Shown one piece after another: positions 18,265-27,612 of a stretch of DNA of 43,666 nucleotides; positions within the stretch are counted from its first letter, which is position 1; every line of letters starts with the position of its first letter. A program made the position numbers and the translations under genes. The notes beneath the pieces were generated by a model. It searched no databases and had not been told where the DNA came from. It saw only the letters and a program-made list of their open reading frames with translations. Source of the stretch: a virus (lineage: Duplodnaviria > Caudoviricetes); the IMG/VR virus record IMGVR_UViG_3300020042_011598, positions 1 through 43,666 of that record. One strand, given 5' to 3'.

Positions 18265-19851
18265 TTATGCATTGCGACCTTCAATTTTGAACTGCAATTG
18301 ATTAATCCGTTGTTTTAGATCTTTGCTGAGTTTTACAACTTCAAGTGTGTTGGTATCCAATTCCTTGCCGTCGGCAGTGGTTTTTTGTGCCAGGATGCCT
18401 GCCTTGAATTGCGCCAATACATACTCTGCTATTTTTGGAACCACAGTTGTAACATAGTTATTTTCTGCCGCTTGATATTCAGCGTTGACTGCTGCCCATT
18501 CACTTTCTTTTATTGTCTGTTGATTTTCCAGAGCCGCAACTTTGCTAACAAAACTAGTCAAGAAAGCTGTACGAGCTTTGGTCAGTGCAACTACAGTTTT
18601 TAATGCTGATTGTGCTGTTGCTTGTGCCGCAGGATCAGCTGCGGTTGGTGTACCATAGTTGACTGGCGGTATTTTATCGTTGCCTGCAATACGACTGCTG
18701 GCAGCATCCACTGTGGCTCTACTCACAGTGTCAGTTGATGGAATAGGTATCTGCATGTCTTTGAAAGTGTCTGGTATTTTGGTTGCAACGGCATTGACTG
18801 CAAATGCGCCATCGCGGACTGCGGTGTTCATGGCTGCTTTGACTGCACCTGTTGCGTCTCCGGGTATGGGCAGGCCTTTGGCAAACGCTTCAGCATTGGG
18901 CAGACTCTTGGCAGCATTTAGTGCCATGCCTGCAAGACCTTGTGCAGATAAATTAGCAACTGGTATTCCCACTGCGCCCAGGCCTGCTACTCCTTTGGCC
19001 ATGAGATCCTGCTGTATCAGGCCCTGAGTTGACGGACTGGCCAGCAATCCACTCAGCCCTTGTATTCCATCTTTTCCAGTCCAGCTTGCGGGACTTTTTG
19101 CAATTGCTGCTAGGCTACTGGTGCCCTGTGCAAGCAGATTGCTGATGCCTGGCTTGACATAGCCAGCAGTTTCAAGTTGTTGAATGTTTAGTCCATACTC
19201 GCCAATGCCCTTGGCGTTGCTGATTGTGCTGGCCGATTGTGCCACTAGATTTTTGGCCTGTGCCAATACTCCAGTAACTTGTGCTGAGGTCATGGGTCCT
19301 ATGCCACTCACTGCTGGTATAGTTTTGGCAAAATTAGCAACGTTGATTGGACTTGCGCCTAGAGGTGTTTTTGTCAATGCCGTGTTGATTGTTTGCAGTG
19401 CTGATGTTGCAACACTGCCAGCCTTGGCGGCTGCTCCAACCAAGGCAGATCCAACTCCGCTGATGGAAGACACTGCTGGTCCTACCAATGCTGTCAGTCC
19501 TGCTGCTGTGCCCGCTAGACTGCCGCCCAGTGCGCCACCAGCCTGTGCCAGTGCGCTGGATGCTGATCCCAGTGCAGAACCAAGTCCAGCTTGTGCCTGT
19601 GCAACTGACGCCTGAGCACCCGGCAAACCGTCTGCTGCTTGAGTAGCTGCACTGAGTACATCACCAGCTTTGAATCCCACCAGTCCGCCTGCAGCGGCTT
19701 GTTTTTTAAAAATCTCAAGTGCTTGTTCGCGAGTAAGATCTGGAGGTCCTTTGATCTCAAATAATTTTGTTGTACCATCTGCATTGGTTGTGGCACCTGC
19801 TGCTGCGGCAGCATTTTTCAATTGGTCAAGGTTGAATGTAAAATTGCCCAT
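18265..19851 (-). CDS. Ala/Gly-rich baseplate-associated protein with a possible lysozyme-like domain (528 aa)
   Basis: The probable start MGNFTF at 19851 lies just after the gp5-like stop; the ORF-track extension to 19926 overlaps that gene. The central GIGEYGLNIQQLETAGYVKPG...WTGKDG...LLASPSTQ resembles phage lysozyme-like muramidase segments (inference). Confidence 0.7.
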   Translation of the reverse strand: MGNFTFNLDQLKNAAAAAGATTNADGTTKLFEIKGPPDLTREQALEIFKKQAAAGGLVGFKAGDVLSAATQAADGLPGAQASVAQAQAGLGSALGSASSALAQAGGALGGSLAGTAAGLTALVGPAVSSISGVGSALVGAAAKAGSVATSALQTINTALTKTPLGASPINVANFAKTIPAVSGIGPMTSAQVTGVLAQAKNLVAQSASTISNAKGIGEYGLNIQQLETAGYVKPGISNLLAQGTSSLAAIAKSPASWTGKDGIQGLSGLLASPSTQGLIQQDLMAKGVAGLGAVGIPVANLSAQGLAGMALNAAKSLPNAEAFAKGLPIPGDATGAVKAAMNTAVRDGAFAVNAVATKIPDTFKDMQIPIPSTDTVSRATVDAASSRIAGNDKIPPVNYGTPTAADPAAQATAQSALKTVVALTKARTAFLTSFVSKVAALENQQTIKESEWAAVNAEYQAAENNYVTTVVPKIAEYVLAQFKAGILAQKTTADGKELDTNTLEVVKLSKDLKQRINQLQFKIEGRNA

Positions 19852-19852
19852 G

Positions 19853-21370
19853 TTATTTTGCCTGTATCTCCACGCCAGGTGGCACTGGGCTTGCACCCGG
19901 AGGTGGTGTGGGCTTGCCTTCTTCAAATGCCACTTTTACATCAACGCCTTTGTTGTGATATGGATACGGTTCGTGAGTAGGAGCTCGACTCACCACACTT
20001 TCCAGACTGTTGGCACTGACTTGCCAGCCTTTGCTGGTGCTGAATTTGGTGTCATCAAACACAGTTTTTACAATAGGCGCGGCTGCGGTTACCTTGCCTG
20101 CCTTGGGACCGTTCAGGTCAAGTGTGCCGCCATCAAGCACCAGTGCCCCTGCTGCTCCCCAGGCGCCCGATGCACTGTTCAGCGTTAGCACACCATCGGC
20201 CTTGACGCCAATTGTGCCAGCACTGTACAAGGTAATATCTTGTTGTGCTCGTAGTGAAATAGTAGTGTCACTTTCAATCTGAAATCCGCTGCGGGCTTTG
20301 GCCTTGATTGAGCGTCCAGCAAACATGTTGATATCTCGATCAGCGTGTAGATTGATGTCGCCACGGGTGCGCACGTTGACTGAGTTTGTGGCATACACAT
20401 CCACTGTGCCTTCTACACCGAACTCCAGCCAGGCCTGTCCATTGGCATGAGTGATGTAAAAGAAATTGCCTGTATCACTCATGGTGATTTGATGACCTTT
20501 TGAGGTTCTCAATCTAAACAAGGCATTGTCGCCTTCAAGATCGCCGTCATCCATCACTAGACTGTGTCCGCCCACTCGGCCAATGACCTTGGCATCGCTG
20601 GGTTTGATTTCTCCGTCATTTAGTTTGGTTCTAATGTCATTGGCATTCATGCCACCCTGATAGATAGCCACTCCCGGAGTACTGACACCAAACACAGCAC
20701 TGGGAGTTTCGCGCTGACTGCTGGAACGTATGGTGCCACGTTCTAGGTCATTGATTAGTCCTTGTTGAAATAGACTCTGTGCCAGATAACCATGCACAGG
20801 TTTTGGTTGCTCAAAGAATCTGGGATTGTTGAAAATCTCATCATTGAGGGTGTTGATTTCTGTCACTGGTAGGCGGACTGCGTTGGCAAAATATGCTTCT
20901 TGATTCTTGTTGCCTGTGACATAACGATTCGACGATGCGATTGCAGGCACCATGTTGCCCAGGCCTTGCTCAGGAATCACTCCAATATAGAATCCTTGAC
21001 TACGATCACCATTGACAAATATACACACCACAGTGATGCCCACGTCCGGTGGGGTGAACCACATGCCGTAGCTGTTTTCATTGCCAGGATAGGCACCTAC
21101 TCCATCAGTGGTGCCACCTGTGGCCGGCAACGGAGTTGATCCAAAGAATGACGGCATGTAACTGACAGTGGTCCAATTGGTATCGTCATCCATGCTGGCT
21201 TTGCCTCCAGCAGCAAATGCTTCAATATACACACGCAATCTTCCCGATCTTGTGGGGTCTACTGTGCTCATTACTAAACCAGTAAACGGTCCAAATTCTG
21301 CGGGCATACCTCCGCGATCTAGTTTAAAATTGCCTGCTCGGCCTCTTGTGCGTGGGTTAATTTCTGCCAT
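19853..21370 (-). CDS. Baseplate central spike, gp5/VgrG-like (505 aa)
   Basis: OB-fold motif DPTRSGRLRVYI...YGMWFTPPDVGITVVCIF, then GHSLVMDDGD..RLRTSKGHQI.MSDT and beta-helix-like repeats, ending in PTHEPYPYH. No internal T4 lysozyme domain is evident. Confidence 0.82.
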   Translation of the reverse strand: MAEINPRTRGRAGNFKLDRGGMPAEFGPFTGLVMSTVDPTRSGRLRVYIEAFAAGGKASMDDDTNWTTVSYMPSFFGSTPLPATGGTTDGVGAYPGNENSYGMWFTPPDVGITVVCIFVNGDRSQGFYIGVIPEQGLGNMVPAIASSNRYVTGNKNQEAYFANAVRLPVTEINTLNDEIFNNPRFFEQPKPVHGYLAQSLFQQGLINDLERGTIRSSSQRETPSAVFGVSTPGVAIYQGGMNANDIRTKLNDGEIKPSDAKVIGRVGGHSLVMDDGDLEGDNALFRLRTSKGHQITMSDTGNFFYITHANGQAWLEFGVEGTVDVYATNSVNVRTRGDINLHADRDINMFAGRSIKAKARSGFQIESDTTISLRAQQDITLYSAGTIGVKADGVLTLNSASGAWGAAGALVLDGGTLDLNGPKAGKVTAAAPIVKTVFDDTKFSTSKGWQVSANSLESVVSRAPTHEPYPYHNKGVDVKVAFEEGKPTPPPGASPVPPGVEIQAK

Positions 21371-21378
21371 GTTGTTCC

Positions 21379-24222
21379 TTAACGGTCTTTAACTATTTGC
21401 TGTGTTGACGAGCCGCCTGTGGTACCCGGAACTGCGCCACGACGTGGTCCAGCCGCAGCTTGAGTCAGTTGTCCAACTATTTGTGTAGCCGACAAGTTTG
21501 TCTGCCCTGACAACACCTGTGGCAATTTTGGAGGTCCAAGGCCTATTGTCTCAGATACTATACCAATAGCGCCACCAGTGCCACTAGTAGCCGGGAGTGG
21601 TGGTCCAGCAGGCAGCAAGGTAGGGCCAAGAGTGGTCAGTACTCCCGGCTCAATAGTGGCACGACCTACTGAGGCACCTGTTTTGAATGATCCTTGTGCT
21701 CCTAGAAGTGCTGCTGAAGCATCAATAGAGTTATCAACACTTCTTGCTGTGGCAAGTCGGGTTGCAGGGAAACGAGATGCTAGGCTGTTAGTTTCAGCGG
21801 TGTTGGCTGCTGCTGTGGCTGCGGCTGCTGCCTCAGCACGTTGTTGCGGATCTTGAACTGTGTTTGCACCTTCTGCAGACGGTGCACCAGGTGCGCCTTC
21901 TTCAGCTGTAGGTTTTGGAAACAAGAACAATGTTCCTTCTAGTGTTTGTTCAAATTTTCCACCTCTAAATTCACTAACCACCTTGACGGCTTGATATACT
22001 CTGCTTTGAACTGCTTCTCTTGTGGTATTGGCATTGCCAGAATAGGCGCCCGAGTAAGGATCCGCTAGGCCAGTGTCTATGTTGTAGTCTTCGGGGCGTT
22101 GCCATAGCATTTCAAACAGCACATCGCCAGTTTCAAAAGAGATACTGCCATCTGGTGCAAAACCTGTGAGTACTTCTACTTTGTTTTCACCTTCTTTGAT
22201 TTCTTTGAACAAACTGCCTTGTTGTATCCAATCAGGGTCACCAATTATTTTTACTTTGCAATTTCTCATGTCTCCAGGACTGAACAAATATTCAGCTGCA
22301 TTGGCAGCAGGTTCGTTGACTGGGCCTTTTTGTCCTGAACTGGTTTCGTTGCTGCGAGGAGCACTGGTATATTTCACAATATTATTTGCATTGCTGGTAT
22401 ACAGTAATCTTGTGTCTGCTGCTATGCTGTTGGTTTCGCTATTGCCCGACACTGTGATTGTGTATAATGCATTCAGCGTTTCTTGATATTCTAGCACCGC
22501 CACATTTTGTCCAGTAAACCAATAGGGATATCGTTTGTGTATCCCGTAAAATTTACTGACTGGGAAATACTTGCTGTTGAGATTTGACGGAACAAAAGGT
22601 CTAACCACATACTTGATTTTGTAAGCGTAATCGTTTCTCAGCGGATCAATGTCGTCACCAATACGTGTGGCAAACATTGTTATTATAAACCAGGATACTG
22701 GCTTGTTTCTAGCATTGGGATTGGGCAATGCTCTGCCATCTGTTTGCAATATAACCAGCTGCTGATTTTGGATATAACTGCTGTTACGAATAGTAAGTTC
22801 TATGGCCTGCGTTATCATTTGTCCGGCCGTGATACTAAAACTCTCACTTACTGAGTCAACTGTGGTTGTTTCTTGATTGAGACTTTTGGGATCTTTGCTA
22901 GCTGTTTGACCAGCTGCAAATTTAGCCTTGTCATTCTGGACCTGGCCAAGTGGTTTCAGTGTTGCATCTGAAATAGCTGATGCAGGAATACCAGGAATAC
23001 CTTGAAATTCAATTGAATATTCATCGGCTATTGTAAAGGTGCCATCCTCCACTAGCTGTTGAGCGGCGGCATTTAACGCCCCCATGAGACCTTGTGTGAG
23101 TGTTGTCTTGGCAGTTGGTGCTGCGGCAGCATTAGACGGTGCTGTGCCTTGTTTTGCAAATCTATTGTCACTTCCGTCTGGCGTAGCGGCTGCTGTACCC
23201 CCTTGTCTTAAATTTCTTGCTGCTGCGGTATTCCTGATTTGTGTTCTTTCAGCGTCGGCAGTGGCATCTAGTGCCTGGTTGTCGCCGCCTAGTAGTCCGC
23301 CCACGGTGCTGTCTACCAACTGCATGTCAGATTGCACTGATCCTCGTCCGGTAGAGCCACCAATCTGTTGTCCAACCGGAACACAGTTCCATTCATACAC
23401 TACAGTTTTTGATCCTACACTCCAGTTGATACTGTTTAGTCTAAAGGGTATGAATTTTTCAATCACAACTTTGGGGTCACTTGACCCACTATCTTCGCCC
23501 AGGCTGCGTATTGGATATACTATATTTCCACCTTCGTCGTAGCCGTAAAATCGTATCACCGTAAGATATTCAGTGGCAGTGTAATTTACTCCCACATCAG
23601 ACTCACTACCTTGTTGTAAATTTTTTGCAGCTTCATACAGTCGGTCAATCAGAGTCATGCCCTGTGGTTCAACCACTGTTATTTTCATGGTCGCTGCCAT
23701 TTGACTAGCACCAACGGCTTTGCCTAGAGGCAAAGTATCCACTGTCAACGCATCAATATAAAAGTCATCTCCAAAAAATGGATTTCTACCACCACCAACT
23801 CCGGTAGCAGATTTTGTTGATCCCATTCCATCCATTTTTCCACCTACGTTGGGACCTGCTCCACCGCTTTGAAACAACAAAAAGTAGCCATCAATTTTTT
23901 TACTCTTGCTGCGCAAAAGCGTTTCGTACTGTTTGCCAGCCAGCATATAAACTGATATTGAATATGAATAGCTGTAGTAGTTGTCTAGGGGATTGGCACG
24001 GGGAGAAATTTTGATGCTGGTATAATCGTCCGTTTCGGCATTTTGATTTGCAGCACCGGCATTTTCGGCAGCGTCATCTCTAGTGGGTGTGCCCGGATTT
24101 GTTGCAAGTTGTGCCGCTTGTGCAGGATCTTGACCAAATGCAGTATTGGGTGCCGGAATTGCTCGACCACTGTTGCTGCCAGGACCAGTTGCTTGTGTTT
24201 GTACCGTGGTGCGGGTGGCCAT
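21379..24222 (-). CDS. Probable baseplate hub protein (gp27-like), 947 aa
   Basis: Long ORF between the gp53-like and gp5-like genes, with motifs NPLDNYYSYSY, I.VVEPQGMTLIDRL, KIIGDPDWI and YQAVKVVSEFRGGKFEQTL. The function is inferred from synteny. Confidence 0.6.
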   Translation of the reverse strand: MATRTTVQTQATGPGSNSGRAIPAPNTAFGQDPAQAAQLATNPGTPTRDDAAENAGAANQNAETDDYTSIKISPRANPLDNYYSYSYSISVYMLAGKQYETLLRSKSKKIDGYFLLFQSGGAGPNVGGKMDGMGSTKSATGVGGGRNPFFGDDFYIDALTVDTLPLGKAVGASQMAATMKITVVEPQGMTLIDRLYEAAKNLQQGSESDVGVNYTATEYLTVIRFYGYDEGGNIVYPIRSLGEDSGSSDPKVVIEKFIPFRLNSINWSVGSKTVVYEWNCVPVGQQIGGSTGRGSVQSDMQLVDSTVGGLLGGDNQALDATADAERTQIRNTAAARNLRQGGTAAATPDGSDNRFAKQGTAPSNAAAAPTAKTTLTQGLMGALNAAAQQLVEDGTFTIADEYSIEFQGIPGIPASAISDATLKPLGQVQNDKAKFAAGQTASKDPKSLNQETTTVDSVSESFSITAGQMITQAIELTIRNSSYIQNQQLVILQTDGRALPNPNARNKPVSWFIITMFATRIGDDIDPLRNDYAYKIKYVVRPFVPSNLNSKYFPVSKFYGIHKRYPYWFTGQNVAVLEYQETLNALYTITVSGNSETNSIAADTRLLYTSNANNIVKYTSAPRSNETSSGQKGPVNEPAANAAEYLFSPGDMRNCKVKIIGDPDWIQQGSLFKEIKEGENKVEVLTGFAPDGSISFETGDVLFEMLWQRPEDYNIDTGLADPYSGAYSGNANTTREAVQSRVYQAVKVVSEFRGGKFEQTLEGTLFLFPKPTAEEGAPGAPSAEGANTVQDPQQRAEAAAAATAAANTAETNSLASRFPATRLATARSVDNSIDASAALLGAQGSFKTGASVGRATIEPGVLTTLGPTLLPAGPPLPATSGTGGAIGIVSETIGLGPPKLPQVLSGQTNLSATQIVGQLTQAAAGPRRGAVPGTTGGSSTQQIVKDR

Positions 24223-24225
24223 CCT

Positions 24226-24528
24226 TTAGATCCCCAGGGCCGATTTCAGCGTGGTCATTTTTGGCAGATATATTTGTACATCAACCGCAAAGTCCAGGGG
24301 TGGTGCAGTCAGTGTGTTGGGATTGCGTTGATAAAACACCCACCACAAGGAAGCATTTTGATACAGGTCATAGGCCAACAAGTCAGGTCTATACTGATAT
24401 GTGGTGTTGATTGTAAACGACAAGTCATCATCCTCTCTGGGTATGGGTCTATTGACCATGGTGTCAAGAAAAAATTGACTGTAACCTGTTTCAAAATACG
24501 GGCTAGTAGAATCATATGCAATTGCCAT
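24226..24528 (-). CDS. Baseplate wedge subunit, gp53/LysM-like (100 aa)
   Basis: YQYRPDLLAYDLYQNASLWWVFYQRNP matches the gp53/tail-X RPDxxAxxxYGxxxxWW pattern. Confidence 0.85.
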   Translation of the reverse strand: MAIAYDSTSPYFETGYSQFFLDTMVNRPIPREDDDLSFTINTTYQYRPDLLAYDLYQNASLWWVFYQRNPNTLTAPPLDFAVDVQIYLPKMTTLKSALGI

Positions 24529-26591
24529 TACCAGAATCCTCCTTTGAGTAGTCTACCGCTGGCAAATCCTTCAAGGCTGAACTGTTTGCTGACTTGGCTG
24601 CGAGTTTGCACAGGTATTAGCGTGATATCAATTTCCATCTTGGTTGGTACATAGTTGGCTTCGTTTGTGTTGTTTACACTGGCAAACAAGGAATTTTGAG
24701 CTGGTTTTGTTGACATTCCAGCCGGGGGCAGCAGCGCATTGGCCAGTCGTAACGCTCCAGCAAAGTTGATACCACCAGGGCTTGTGGATCTAGGGGTTTG
24801 CCGATTGCTCATGTTGGGACCAAAGTTGTTGGGTGCGTCTGTTCTTATGTAGTCTACTTCGTTGGGCAGACTGTAATTAAATGACGATACTACACAGGCA
24901 TGATTGTTAAATTGCCAGCCGCCGTAGCCGCTGAGATACACCAGGGGCGGCGGTGTTCCGCGCTGAGCGTCTTGGCCGTAAAACATCTTGGTCACACTTC
25001 TGAAAAAGTGTATCACTGCCAGCAGGTATGCTGCTTCTCTAGTGTCTTGCGCTGTGAATGTAGCACGTATCTGCACGTCTCCTACACTGCTGCTTTTGTA
25101 AAACAGGCCGCGATAGTTGGAATGTATCAGATTGTATTTTTCATAGTCTGCGTTGTAGCTTGTGGTAATGTTGGGAGTGTAGGGAAATATCACTCCGTTG
25201 GTGGCAGTGAGTGGTGCCAGGACACCTGCGGCACTGCCTGCATTGTACAGGTAGTTGCTGTTGGGGGCCAGACTGAGTCTAACACGCCAGTCACCGTTGT
25301 TGGGCTGCTTGTAACGACTCTGCAGGGTGCCTTGACTCTTGGCATTGCCTCTGAGTCCGGCCAGGAAATTTGCTTCGTTTTGAGCTTCTTCATCAGTTTG
25401 CTCTGGAATACCAAATTGACTATCTTGTTGGGCAGTTTGTTGATTGTTAAGACTTTGATCTGAACTGGTCTCAACTGGCGCAGGGTCGGTTGACAACTGA
25501 GTTGGATCAGCTCCGGCAGTTTCGTCGCTGGTAAACCTGTAATCATTTCCCAGTTCTTCAGCACCAACATTTGCGGGTTCAAACTTGGCCACTGGCGGAT
25601 CATTGAATCTTGTTTCTGCATCAAGTCGAGCAGCTTCAAACGGATCATCCGCAGGATCAACTTCCATTGGCACCTGGCGCATTGGTTGCCCATCAGCACC
25701 CAGCGGTGCTGCTTGACTATATGTGCCATCGCTTGCACCCGGAGTACTAACTGAGACTGGTTCAAATGGCACCTGTGGTATTGGTTGGCCATCAGCACCT
25801 AGTGGTGCTGCTTGTTTGTATGATCTATCAGTAGCCAACGAAGTAGTAGCATCCAGTTGAGTTTCGTTTTGTTGTGATAACTTTTGATCTTCATTTGGAT
25901 CAACTGCCTGGTTAACACTTGACTTTCCTGTGCTAACTGTTTGCGTGGTTGTTGTGGTATTGGGTACCGTAGTTATGGTTGCTGGGGTTGTTGACTCGGC
26001 ATCAATTTGCTGATTTTTAAGTGCGCCTCTTTCAGCCGACAGTGTGTCAAGTTTTTCTTGACGTTGCTGTTTTTCTTCAGCACTAAGCGGTGGTAGGCCT
26101 TGTTTTTTTCTAGCAAAGTCGCTGGGATTGTCTTTGGTAAATTGATCAATTTCGGCTTGCTTTGCATTAATCGCCGGTTGTATTGCTGTACTAGTTGAAT
26201 TGGCAACTCTAGGTCCAGCAGTAATTGTAGTTGACCCGCCACCACTTACTGTTGCTGTGCTGGTAGTAGTATATGTTACTGGGGTAACTTTACCCGGTGG
26301 GGCTTTGGCATCTTCGGCATAATCAACTTGCTCAAAGTTAGATGAAGACGCTAGGCCTTGATTAAATCTATTACTTTCTGCAACATTAGCAGCAGTTACT
26401 TTATCATAATCAACACCTGCAACTTTACCGCCGCCGGCTATAGTGGCGCCCAGTTGGCCATTACTGCCAAGGGAGTAGTTACCGGTGTCAGCTTCAGATA
26501 TGCCGGATTGTATAAACGCCGCATCTTGAGACATGCCCGATTGCACCAGCCTGTTATAAGCTGCTGCTTTGTTTGCATCATATCCTGCCAT
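24528..26591 (-). CDS. Baseplate/tail-tube initiator-like protein (gp48/gp54 or contractile-system tube fold) with a long low-complexity N-terminus (687 aa)
   Basis: C-terminal domain GVIFPYTPNI...FTAQDTREAAYLLAVIHFFRSVTKMFYG...GTPPPLVYLSGYG...VVSSFNYSLP. It is the first gene of the baseplate operon, behind a late promoter. Confidence 0.65.
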   Translation of the reverse strand: MAGYDANKAAAYNRLVQSGMSQDAAFIQSGISEADTGNYSLGSNGQLGATIAGGGKVAGVDYDKVTAANVAESNRFNQGLASSSNFEQVDYAEDAKAPPGKVTPVTYTTTSTATVSGGGSTTITAGPRVANSTSTAIQPAINAKQAEIDQFTKDNPSDFARKKQGLPPLSAEEKQQRQEKLDTLSAERGALKNQQIDAESTTPATITTVPNTTTTTQTVSTGKSSVNQAVDPNEDQKLSQQNETQLDATTSLATDRSYKQAAPLGADGQPIPQVPFEPVSVSTPGASDGTYSQAAPLGADGQPMRQVPMEVDPADDPFEAARLDAETRFNDPPVAKFEPANVGAEELGNDYRFTSDETAGADPTQLSTDPAPVETSSDQSLNNQQTAQQDSQFGIPEQTDEEAQNEANFLAGLRGNAKSQGTLQSRYKQPNNGDWRVRLSLAPNSNYLYNAGSAAGVLAPLTATNGVIFPYTPNITTSYNADYEKYNLIHSNYRGLFYKSSSVGDVQIRATFTAQDTREAAYLLAVIHFFRSVTKMFYGQDAQRGTPPPLVYLSGYGGWQFNNHACVVSSFNYSLPNEVDYIRTDAPNNFGPNMSNRQTPRSTSPGGINFAGALRLANALLPPAGMSTKPAQNSLFASVNNTNEANYVPTKMEIDITLIPVQTRSQVSKQFSLEGFASGRLLKGGFW
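25662..25820 (-). repeat. Two-copy intragenic repeat, 99-bp period
   Basis: Encodes YKQAAPLGADGQPIPQVPFE and YSQAAPLGADGQPMRQVPME. Confidence 0.85.
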
Positions 26592-26611
26592 AATTATTGT
26601 TTCCTATATCT

Positions 26612-26641
26612 TATTTACCCAAATTTTTAACGGCGTAGTTA
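26612..26641 (-). promoter_or_regulatory. Late promoter (TAAATA) with upstream element TAACTACGCCGTT
   Basis: The minus strand reads TAACTACGCCGTT-N11-TAAATA, ending 20 nt before the ATG at 26591. Confidence 0.7.
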
Positions 26642-26650
26642 AACAAAAGG

Positions 26651-26678
26651 TTGACAACTGCTGCAAATATGTTATACT
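26651..26678 (+). promoter_or_regulatory. Host sigma70-type early/middle promoter for the gp55-gp47-gp46 operon
   Basis: TTGACA-N16-TATACT with an extended -10 TGn. A Shine-Dalgarno AGGAG at 26690-26694 precedes the ATG at 26707. Confidence 0.8.
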
Positions 26679-26706
26679 AAGTACATATCAGGAGACTACG
26701 ACACCT

Positions 26707-27609
26707 ATGTCATTACTACCCAAGGCGGCTCCCCGCGTCAACTATCTCAACAACAGGGATATTCTCAAAGAAATTCACCTTAGCAAAAACAACTATTGCT
26801 GGTATCAGGATCCGGCGCTGGATCATCAATTTGATATTATTTTGCCATCCCTTGACAAGATCAATCAGAGAACCATAGCCGAAGCCCGGCGCAACCGAGC
26901 CGATCGACTCCGGCGTGAGGGCACCATTGTGGATCCAAAGAAAATTCCCAACACAGACATTGTGTTCCGCATCTCATGCTGGGATCACATTCCTCGGGCA
27001 CCCAAAAAAATCACCAAGGCCGAAGCCAAAAAGCGCAGCCGACTGGAAGATATTCTGGATCTTGATGACGTGGTAGAAGACGATCCCTTAGCGGATATTC
27101 TGGATGCGCCTGTGCTGGACATGAATCATGTGCGGGTGAACTTCCCGCCGTTTGAACACTACAGAATAGACGATGCCAAGGTGCCGTTTATTGTGGGTCG
27201 TAGTCACTGGCAGGGAGACTTAGCCACTGGTGTATATTCCAAGGACCACGGTGACATGACACGCAAGCTGGCCATGATGTTCATGAAACTGTGTGAGCGT
27301 TATGCCACAAGATCCAACTGGAGAGGATACACCTACAATGAAGAAATGCGTGGACAAGCCCTGCTGCAACTCAGCCAGATTGGCTTGCAATTTGACGAGT
27401 CCAAATCGCAGAATCCTTTTGCGTATTATACTGCCGCTATTACCAATAGCTTTACTCGTATCCTGAACATCGAAAAGAAAAGTCAGAACATTCGCGATGA
27501 CATTTTGGAGATGAACGGACTCAATCCTTCATGGACACGACAAAATTCTGGCAAGCACTCAATGGCAGCCATGAGCGGTCCGGTCACTATCACTACCTAT
27601 CCAGAGTAA
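26707..27609 (+). CDS. gp55: Late-transcription sigma factor, T4 gp55-like (300 aa)
   Basis: NYLNNRDILKEI...MKLCERYATRSNWRGYTYNEEM...FDESKSQNPFAYYTAAITNSFTRILNIEKK. It precedes gp47/gp46 as in T4. The start is placed at 26707, downstream of the promoter and SD. Confidence 0.85.
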   Translation: MSLLPKAAPRVNYLNNRDILKEIHLSKNNYCWYQDPALDHQFDIILPSLDKINQRTIAEARRNRADRLRREGTIVDPKKIPNTDIVFRISCWDHIPRAPKKITKAEAKKRSRLEDILDLDDVVEDDPLADILDAPVLDMNHVRVNFPPFEHYRIDDAKVPFIVGRSHWQGDLATGVYSKDHGDMTRKLAMMFMKLCERYATRSNWRGYTYNEEMRGQALLQLSQIGLQFDESKSQNPFAYYTAAITNSFTRILNIEKKSQNIRDDILEMNGLNPSWTRQNSGKHSMAAMSGPVTITTYPE

Positions 27610-27612
27610 TTT

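Noticed and set aside
18385-26630. Plus-strand ORFs of up to about 200 aa opposite the baseplate genes
   Set aside because: Antisense to Ala/Gly-rich genes, whose codon bias suppresses stops on the other strand.
26569-26706. N-terminal extension of gp55 in the ORF track
   Set aside because: It overlaps the divergent gene and both promoters. The SD and promoter support ATG 26707.
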